Below are positions 1 through 8,101 of a DNA stretch of 10,926 nucleotides, piece by piece. The notes below the pieces were generated by a model that searched no databases, was not told the DNA's origin, and saw nothing but the letters and a program-made list of their open reading frames with translations. The position numbers and the translations under genes are program-made. Each line of letters starts with the position of its first letter. The first letter of the stretch is position 1. The DNA is from Azolla caroliniana (lineage: Eukaryota; Plantae; Polypodiophyta): positions 1 to 10,926 of the forward strand of contig JBHGNT010001214.1 of NCBI GenBank assembly GCA_043228905.1. Direction: 5' to 3'.

Positions 1-2169
1 CTGACGCTTGTTCCAGCCAATTTCGATTTCCTTCTCCACGCTCGCCATGCACGAGAGGTAGTCTTGATACGCCATGCGATCCATGGCAATGTGAAAGAGC
101 CGCTCCTTGCGCGCTGCATTGATGTCCATCTGCCTGCGCAGCTGACGCTGAACCTCACGCAGTGTGGTCGATATCTCATCGTCCTGCCGAGCAGTCCAGT
201 CAATCTGCCACATAGCTAAGGTTAGCAAACGACTCATTTTCCTGGAGCGAGCGCGAAAGTTTGGCACTCACGGGGTCATCTCCAAGTACGTCGAGCGATC
301 GGAGTTCGTTTCGCACTCGCTCTTCAAACGAAAGCATGTCTTGTCCCTTGCTTGGGCCCGGAGGAACTTCCCGCTGAGCTTGCGAGGAGGACGTAGTTGC
401 GTGGCCATTGGCTTGCGAGCCACCGGCATGTCCGTTTGCCTGAGCTTGCGAGCCATTTCCATTGACGTGCGCTGAATCCGTCAGATCATGATCCTTGCTC
501 GATCCCTGCCCAGCAGCACCGCCCGAGGCAACCCCGTTAGAACCACGTGACAACTTTGAATACGGCGTAGGAATCAATGCAGCCGTCAATCTTTCCGACA
601 GCGGTCCAGCTCGAGCCTCTTCGCGCGCCGTTCCAAAGGCATGCTCGTCGCGCAACTCTCTCGGGTCAAATCGAGGTGCAGGTGGAATGCCCAGGTGAGC
701 TGAAGTTCCAGGACGTTGAGCTGCACGTACTGCTGCTGCAACGGCTGCACTGTCACTATCGGCTCCTTCGGCTGCATCTTCCAGGGCCCAGATTTCGCTA
801 TAATGACGTCCAAGTGGGGGTATTTGAAACGGCTCGTGCTCGTCAGGCTGCGCGATGCGGAGCGAAGGTCAACTCACTTGATGTCGGGCGTCTGCGATCA
901 GACGCATACACTCACCTTACTACTGAGCCACGCCAAGTCATCTTCCGTGAGTGTGCGAAACCATGCATCGGTGTAGCTCTGGAACACATGATGCGGAGTT
1001 TGTTCACCCTTCTTGTCTCTCGCCCTTCCCAGGGGCCGTCTGAGCTGCTGCTGGCTGACCTGCTGCAATTGCCGCTGCGCCCGCCGCCAAGTCCAATCTA
1101 TCGCGTTCCCGCTCGCGCTCTTTCCAATCTTGCGAGGCAAAGTCTTGTGTGACCTCGACGGGACGCACGGGATACGTGCGTGGACGCTGGGCCTGCGCCA
1201 GAGTTGGAAGGTGCAACGTTGGCTTGGGCAGCTCCCAGGCTGGAGATGCAGGCTGATGGGACGCAGTGGACATGCTACCCATGATATGACTTGAGTCTCG
1301 CTTTACACAGTGTTGTCGTGTGAGTAAGGATGTCAAACCAGGGCGCATTTACTTGCGCAACTCACCCGCGGCCGAGTAGGAACGGCCTTCAACTTGAGCT
1401 TGAGGGTGACATTCGATCCACCGGCAGATGCCGTAGCCGAGGCTCCATCAACCGCTGTAGCACTGCCCAATCCCGTCAAACCGAATCGCTCATTCTTTGA
1501 TCGAATCAAGGCTGCTGACGGAGCCGGACTATCTCCCAGCATGCTCGTTCCATCTCGCTTGCGCTTCCTTCGAGTTGCTGAGGTCCCATACACGCGTCCC
1601 GGTCGGGAAGGTCCTCCATCTGAGTCATTCTCCCAATCCAGCGTAGAGGATCGAGCCGCAGCTGCTGGAAGACCCGAAGCAGGAGTCGCCAATGCCTGAC
1701 TCGATTCCGCCGGCAGTGCAGCGCTACTCGAGGCAGCTCGATCGGGGTCCAGCTTTACCTTTATCCTCCTTGATTGAGCAGACGGGGAGGCGTGCGCAGA
1801 ACGAGAGGATCCGGCTGTTGAGATTACGCTTGCTCCACCTGACGGTCGGGGCTTGCCGGCCAAGTCTGCGGCCTCTTCCACATCTAAGCGTGCCCTACGC
1901 GTCGATGCCTCTCGCCGTAGGTCGATCAAGTTTTCATTGAGTCGATTGAGCTGAGCAAGCGATGGAATGGGGTCTTGAGCGCTGATGCTGTTGGGCTGAG
2001 CGGGCAGAAAGGACCGATAGAGGGGGGGAGACGCAGGAGGTGGTGGAGAGCCCGAGGGCAGGCCTGCAGCTGGCTTTGAGGAGGAAGAGGCTGACGAAGG
2101 TGCACGTTGAATGGATGCACCTCCCCGTGCCAAGGCTGCTGCTGCTGGGCTTGCACGCTGCGCAGCCAT
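1..2169 (-). CDS. ADA3: SAGA/ADA histone acetyltransferase complex subunit Ada3 (Ngg1), 3' end beyond the window. Exons 2169-1366, 1300-916 (contains an apparent 1-nt frameshift near 1032-1035), 847-272, 204-<1
   Basis: Spliced translation gives Ada3-like blocks: QTPHHVFQSYTDAWFRTLTEDDLAWLS, PFQIPPLGRHYSEIWALED, GPLSERLTAALIP, FEERVRNELRSLDVL and IDWTARQDDEISTTLREVQRQLRRQMDINAARKERL..MAYQDY. Three phase-0 GTGAGT..AG introns (1301-1365, 848-915, 205-271; the last has a GCTAAC branch site) each join in frame. The ATG at 2169 is inferred as the start. Confidence 0.9.
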
Positions 2170-2399
2170 TGGAGCGAGCGTCGTGTGTTGATGGTGGGTG
2201 GGTGGGTATGGTTCGTTGGTTGGTTGCAACGATGCATGCGCACTGTGCGCCGAGTGATTCATGCATGCACGCGAGATGTTGGAGATGGGCGCGCGGCGGG
2301 GCGCGTGTGAACAGCCACGTGGCAAGTGTCACTGATTTCTCACTGCTGCACGCGCTCTCACCGCCGTCGCTCCTCACGCCTCCTCCATCAGCAGCAATC
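2170..2399. promoter_or_regulatory. Short divergent (probably bidirectional) promoter between ADA3 and the mL54 gene
   Basis: Only 230 bp separate the two head-to-head inferred start codons. It includes a GC-rich element GGGCGCGCGGCGGGGCGCG and a palindrome GCCACGTGGC (CACGTG core) near 2314-2323. Function is inferred from position. Confidence 0.55.
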
Positions 2400-2521
2400 A
2401 TGCCACTCACAGCCGCATTTGCACTGCGAAGAGCAGCAACAGCTCGGCTGACATGCAGCGTCAGGTATAATTCGACTGCCATCGCCGCCGCCCCATCTGC
2501 TGCCTCGGGCGCTTCATCCTC

Positions 2522-2553
<32 letters not shown>

Positions 2554-2997
2554 AGCCAGCCTTCCCTGCGCAGCCAGGTAAGTCAATTGCACGGCCTCGC
2601 TAAGTGCCATGAATCTAAATGTGTACGCTGCGCAGCTCTGGATTTCGTTTCATCCTGTCCACCTGGGACGACGTTAAGTGGCCTGGGCATACTCAAGGAC
2701 ACTCCCGATCCCATTGCCAAGCCCGACGAAGACTATCCCGCCTGGCTCTGGTCCCTTCACACGGCCGGCGCATCCGGCAGCGCAGTTGCAGGCGCATCAG
2801 CCGGAATGACAAAAGGTGAACAGCGTGCAGCCCTGAAGCGGGCAAGCAAAGCCAAGCGTATCGCAGCGGAGAAGAATGCAAAGAACGAGGTGGGAGAGGC
2901 GCAGGGAAAGCCAAAAACTCAACTCGACGTAAAGCGAGAATTGAGACTGAAGAATAAGGAGGCGATCAAGGCTAGGAACTTTGTACTCTCAGCTTAA
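2400..2997 (+). CDS. MRPL37: Mitochondrial large ribosomal subunit protein mL54 (yeast MrpL37-like), 179 aa. Exons 2400-2577 and 2636-2997
   Basis: N-terminus MPLTAAFALRRAATARLTCSVRYNS is Arg/Ala-rich with no acidic residues, like a mitochondrial presequence. A 58-nt GTAAGT..CAG intron (2578-2635) joins in frame to SSCPPGTTLSGLGILKDTPDPIAKPDEDYPAWLWSL and C-terminal LRLKNKEAIKARNF, both characteristic of the mL54/L37 family. Confidence 0.9.
2523..2552 (+). repeat. (AGC)10 coding microsatellite encoding poly-Ser in mL54
   Basis: Ten perfect AGC copies read directly from the sequence, within exon 1. Confidence 0.95.
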
Positions 2998-3446
2998 GGC
3001 AGGAGCTTCGTTTAATTGCATTCAGGTACGCTGTACTTCGAGGTTGCGTCGGCTCACGACGTAATGGCTTGTCAGAGGATCACAACCCAGTGCGACGTGA
3101 GTAAGTCGAGTTTAAGATGGCTCGTCGCCATTTGGCAGCAATGGGTTGAGGAGATCTCGAGCTCTGCGCCTGTCTACTAGCCCTTCTAGCGTAGAGGCCG
3201 CAGCTGAAAGAGAGGATTCAGCGTCTCAGTCAAGCAGCAGGTTCATTGGAAGCTTTCTGAACGAAAAGGTGGACAACCAAAGTGAAAGTGATTTGCGCTC
3301 TCGGGGAAAGGCGAGGTGAATGTGTAAGAGAAGTTACAAACGAAAGTGAAAGATGCACTCGTCATGGAGGTCCAGCCTACCACTCGTCGAGAAGAGGTTG
3401 GAAAAGGAATGCGACGGCGAGAAAGGGAGTCATGCAATGGGAAAGT

Positions 3447-5207
3447 TCACTTTGTTGAGAGGTCAAACTCTGCGAAACTTCGCGGGATGGGGTAGCGGAA
3501 GGCGCGCTTCTTGACGCCGCGAGCCTTGAGGGAATTGAGAATCAATTGGCCTGTTTCGGTCAGGTTGCCCGTGGTGGAGTTGGTGAAGCTTGCATACGGG
3601 CCGTTGGCGGCGTCCGACATGGCATAGCCTAAGATGGAACAAGCGTCAGAAAGAAGTCGGTTGAGTTGCTGCACCTTGAACTCACCTGCCACCAGAGGTT
3701 CCGAATCGAGGTAGTTCATGACAGCTGGCCACCAGACGTTGATCTCCTCCTGCGTACAAAAGTGGGCCGGCCTAACCTCGTAGTCGATGCAAGCCAACTC
3801 CGTAATAACGACGGGTAAGTTGTATTTTCGAAAGTGTTCCACCGTAGCCTGGACGCCAGCCAAATCGGGGCGAAAGATGTGAACGTTCATGGCGTCGGGC
3901 TTGGTTGTTGTAGCTTGCAGGAATTGACCACACCAGGTTTCAAAGCGACCCATGCAGCAAGACGGACTGATGAGCTTAGATCCAGCACGTCGATGAGGTG
4001 CTATGTAGGTTTCCCAACCGGCAACGGCATCGGTCACATTGATCAGACCTGAGGATCCGTTGCCTGAACAGTCAGGCTCATTAACTAGAGGAAGGAAAGA
4101 AAGTTTGAACGTCAGTATCATCACTGTCGCACAAGGGGTGTTTTAACGGAACTCACAGCCCGCCACGTATGGGTACTTTCCAAGCGTCAGATTCTTGAAG
4201 GCGGCGAAGCGTGCAACGTCGTTGTCGTGTGTCACCCTTCCCAATCCCCATAGCATGGCAACGCCATCGAGTGCCAAGCCATATTTGTTCCAGCCGCCAT
4301 TAGGGTCGGGAGTCCAATCGTCCCACCAGCCAAGATAGGGCGCAAAGTACTTGAGAGCTTGGCCACCGGATAAGCCGACCTTGGACAGCAGAGGCAGCAT
4401 ATTTAGCGCTTGAGGCTGAGTGGAAGGAACAGTAGGAGCGAAGACTCACTTTGCCTTTGGTCATGAATCCAGCCGTTGAAACAACGGACACGGAGGATGG
4501 AGTTGAAATCGAAGAAGTCTTGGAAGTGGATGAGGATGTGGACGTTCTGGTACTTGTTGAGGACGTGGATATCCTCGAGGTGGTAGTGGAGGATGTAGAT
4601 AGCCTGGAAGAAGTAGAAGTGGAGGACCTGGATGTCGTTGAGGTCGAGATGCGAGAAGTAGAGGTGGATGGCGCCGCAGTAGTTGCAGGTGTCGCGCTTG
4701 CGCACTTTCGAGTACCGTTACTCAAAGTGCCACAGACGTTTGACATACAATTGACGTTCTTAGTGCAGGTGGCACCGTTGGCAAGTCTGGCAGCGCAGAC
4801 GCTACCACTGCAATTACCAGATATACATTGGGTCTAGAGAAAAGTAATGATTCAGTATGACGCCGCGAGATGCAGTTGAAATAGTGGCGTGAGACTCACA
4901 CTGGCTGTACATCGCAAGCCATTGACCTGCGTTGCACAAGTTCCAAGCAAGCAGGCGCCACTGAGGCAAGAGACCTGTTGCGAACGTCATTGTCAATATA
5001 TATTATCGATGACAAGAAGTCTTTGAGCGTACTCACATCGTACGTGCACACAGAGCCTCCGAGTAATTTGGGTACGCAGCTAGCATCTGCTTTGCGACAG
5101 TATAACCCAGCTGAGCACTCTGCGCTTCTGGCACAGCCGGCCACAACTCCGCTACCGGAGACCAAGAATACAAGCGCCGCGAGTAATGTAGCTGCCGGTG
5201 TCTTCAT
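3447..5207 (-). CDS. Secreted GH128-family (Glyco_hydro_cc) putative beta-1,3-glucanase with N-terminal Cys-rich repeats, copy A, 477 aa. Exons 5207-5037, 4974-4900, 4833-4450, 4379-4157, 4084-3686, 3628-3447
   Basis: Signal peptide MKTPAATLLAALVFLVSGSGVVA, a 16-Cys region and a Ser/Thr linker precede a catalytic domain with GH128-like motifs GWWDDW, AMLWG, spliced GFNEPD (acid/base Glu), LISPS, PDAMNVHIF and LPVVITELA (nucleophile Glu). Five GTGAGT..AG introns (62, 66, 70, 72, 57 nt) give one open frame of 1434 nt. Confidence 0.88.
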
Positions 5208-5277
5208 CTCGTCGATGACCTGAAATACTGGATGTCGAAGGAGTGAACAATGAGAGGTGGGCCGTCTATCAAAGAGA

Positions 5278-5336
5278 GCTTGGATTGGTTACAGAGGGGA
5301 TTCACCGTTTCACTCTTCGATCACGAAGACTTTATA
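5278..5336 (-). promoter_or_regulatory. Core promoter of GH128 copy A: TATAAA (5336-5331) and conserved GTAACCAATCCAAGC element (5292-5278)
   Basis: Both elements recur with near-identical spacing upstream of copy B (8101-8096 and 8058-8044), while the intervening sequence has diverged. Confidence 0.6.
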
Positions 5337-6156
5337 TCGCGCACAAGAGATAGAGGTGTCATGATGGCAAAATCTTACGACTGAGATGCTGCTCAGGTGG
5401 TATCGAGTCTCTACTTACGAAAGTGAGCATGTGCTACGGAAAGTTGTAGGAACAAAACTTGACTGCCCTGGTGCCAGGAACGGAGCATCCAATGGACTAC
5501 CTCAAGCATTTTCGGCCCATCTGCCTGTTGTCACTATGATAATAGCGATGCTGTCCTTACGATTTGCTAGAATACGCCCTTCTGCCGAGCTTGTGGGATA
5601 ACGAGTTAAGGACGGAAAATTGATATGCTTCAAAATTGCGAAGGACGTGCATGGTGCCAACGTCGTGCACATTGCGCACCGCGCCAGCGTAACTGGGCGT
5701 GCAGACCGAATCGCTGCGCTAGTGTGTGACTCTGTCAACATGTGCCTGGTGTTCCTGAGCCCGTGGGGCAAAAGTTAACTGTTCACCACATCCGTCATTC
5801 GCTGCAGAAGGATTTCTCACAGAGACTCGCACAGAGTAAAGCACACAGACTCATGTGTCAAAGCATGACAACTGGCGTGGAAAAGTCGAGCTTATGTTGA
5901 GTGGGCACATGCTGACGGGTCAACATGATAGAAACATAGAATCTGGTGAGACACGGGGAAAGCGTACGCCCAGCTCTCCGCTCGACGTTACTCGAATCGA
6001 CGGATTCGTGCTCTTAGCGCAAAACAAGCGTCGATTGGGCGCACCAAGTCAGGTATTATCAGTCTCAGCATAGTCACGCATTGGAGCTGTTGCCAGCTTC
6101 GCAGGCTGGTGAAAAGGCGACTCCAAAAGTGGATTATTTGGCCTCGCAGCAGGGGT

Positions 6157-6224
6157 CTAGAAAGGAGGTAACAGCTAGAGTCTAAAAAGACTAGAAAGGA
6201 GGTGACAGCTAGAGTCTAAAAAGA
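6157..6224. repeat. Direct tandem duplication, 2 x 34 bp (CTAGAAAGGAGGTRACAGCTAGAGTCTAAAAAGA)
   Basis: Units 6157-6190 and 6191-6224 differ at one base. They lie about 120-190 nt downstream of the copy B stop codon. Confidence 0.95.
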
Positions 6225-6341
6225 AGGTTACAAATGAAGTGGGATACAGATGTCATGAAGAAGGCCTAGCCTTCCATCACTTGAAAGAAGGTCGAAGCAA
6301 GAAGGGTGACGAGGAGCAAGTGAGTACAGAGAGGGGAAAGC

Positions 6342-7977
6342 TTACGGCGTTGCCGGGTCAAACTCTGCGAAATCTCGTGGGACAGGGTATCTGAACGAGC
6401 GCTTCTTGACGACCCGGGCCTTGAGGTTGTTGAGGACCAGTTTTCCAGTCACTGTCAAGTCGCCCGTAGCAGTGTTGGTGAAACTTGCATACGGACCATT
6501 AGCGGCGTCAGACATTGCATAGCCTAAGAAGAATCAGTGTCAGAAGACGGTGGTACAGTGAGCTCTGAACTTCTACTCACCCGCAACAAGAGGCTCCGAA
6601 TCGAGATACTTCATAACCGCGGGCCACCATGCGTTGATTTCTGCCTGTGTGCAAAAGTGGGCGGGCTTCACCTCATAGTCGATGCAAGCCAACTCCGTAA
6701 TAATGACGGGTAAGTTGTACTTGCGAAAGTGCTCCACCGTGGCTTTAACACCGGCTACGGTTGGACGAAAGATGTGCACATTCATCGCGTCGGGCTTGGT
6801 TCTGGCAGCTTGAAGGAATTGACCACACCAGGTTTCGTAGCGGCCACTGCAGCAAGATGGACTGATGAGCTTGGAACCGGCACGTCGATGAGGTGCAATG
6901 TAGGTTTCCCAACCGGCAACGGCATCGGTGATGCTCATCATACCTGATGATCCATCGCCTGCGCAATCAGGCTCATTGACTACGCGAAGGTGAGTACGTC
7001 AGACCGTCAGTATCATGGGTGTCTCACAGTGGGTGTACCATCGATACTCACAGCCCGCCACATATGGATACTTTCCGAGGGGCAACTTCTTAAAAGCCGC
7101 AAAGCGCGCAACGTCGTTGTCGTGATTCAGCTTTCCTAATCCCCAAAGCATGGAAACACCATCGAGTGCCAAGCCATATTTGTTCCAGCCGCCGTTAGGG
7201 TCGGGAGTCCAATCGTCCCACCAGCCAAGGTAGGGCGCAAAGTACTTTAGAGCTTGACCACCCGATAAGCCAACCTAGGGAGTGAAAAGGATTAGCTTGG
7301 GGATTGTAGAATGCAGGACTGGAAGTTCATACTCACTTTGCCCTTTGTCATCAGACCTGCCGTCGAAACAACGGATACGGATGATGGGGTTGAAGATGTT
7401 GACGTCGTAGGGGTAGCGATGGGAGTGTTCGAGACGCTTGGCGCAACAGTAGTTGCTGCAGTTGCGCTTACGCATTGCTGAGCACCGTTACTCAAACTGC
7501 CACAAACGTTTGATATACAATTGACGTTCTTGGTACAGGTGGCACCGTTGGCAAGTCTGGCAGCGCAGACACTACCACTGCAATTACCAGAGATACATTG
7601 AGTCTGGATAAGAAGCTTGAATCAGCAACGGGTGCGATGTGAAGGTAAGCGATTGACGTCATACTCACGCTGGCGGTACATCGTAGACCATTGACCTGCC
7701 TTGCACAAGTTCCGCCCGAACAGGCGCCACTGAGGCAAGAGACCTGATGCAAATGCGATTGTCATTATTGAACATTCGCAGAAGTTCTCACGGTTGCACT
7801 CACATCATACGTGCACACTGAGCCTCCGAGTAGTTTGGGCACGCAGCTTGCATCTGCTTTGCGACAGTACAATCCAGCTGAACAGTCTGCACTTCTGGTA
7901 CAGCCGGCCTCTACTCCGCTACCGGAAACCAACAATACAAGTGCTGCAAGCATTAGCTTGATTGAATGTGACTTCAT
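6342..7977 (-). CDS. Secreted GH128-family putative beta-1,3-glucanase with N-terminal Cys-rich repeats, copy B, 439 aa. Exons 7977-7804, 7743-7669, 7603-7337, 7274-7052, 6979-6581, 6523-6342
   Basis: Paralogue of copy A with identical intron positions and phases (introns 60, 65, 62, 72, 57 nt) and identical lengths for exons 2, 4, 5 and 6 (75, 223, 399, 182 nt). Signal peptide, FNEPD and ITELA catalytic motifs are intact in a 1320-nt open frame. Confidence 0.88.
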
Positions 7978-8043
7978 CTTGCGGATTCTTTGCCCTGTTG
8001 AACGCAAAAGGAGTGCTCCGAGGAAGACAGATTATCGAAGAGC

Positions 8044-8101
8044 GCTTGGATTGGTTACGCGGGTTTCATCGTTCATCGTGTTCGATGGGAAGGTGTTTAT
8101 A
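8044..8101 (-). promoter_or_regulatory. Core promoter of GH128 copy B: TATAAA (8101-8096) and conserved GTAACCAATCCAAGC element (8058-8044)
   Basis: Matches the copy A upstream elements (15/15 identity for the motif). The TATA lies about 120 nt upstream of the ATG in both copies. Confidence 0.6.

Noticed and set aside
577-1699. Plus-strand ORFs (577-1152, 1013-1294, 1394-1699 and others)
   Set aside because: Antisense shadows of the GC-rich ADA3 coding sequence with no recognisable motifs.
2170-2325. 52-aa N-terminal extension of the 1333-2325 ORF
   Set aside because: It starts at a non-ATG codon from the prokaryote-style ORF caller and runs through the divergent promoter. An upstream in-frame ATG (MNHSAH) cannot be fully excluded.
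4451-4837. Acidic Val/Glu/Asp-rich plus-strand ORF
   Set aside because: It is the antisense reading of the Ser/Thr linker codons of GH128 copy A.
5500-6100. Short ORFs in the spacer between the glucanase copies
   Set aside because: Under 90 aa, mostly non-ATG starts, with no motifs or convincing splice structure.
6157-6224. 34-bp repeats as a CRISPR array, and AAAGGAGGT as a Shine-Dalgarno sequence
   Set aside because: Only two adjacent units with no spacer and no cas genes, in a eukaryotic intron-containing context with no downstream ORF.
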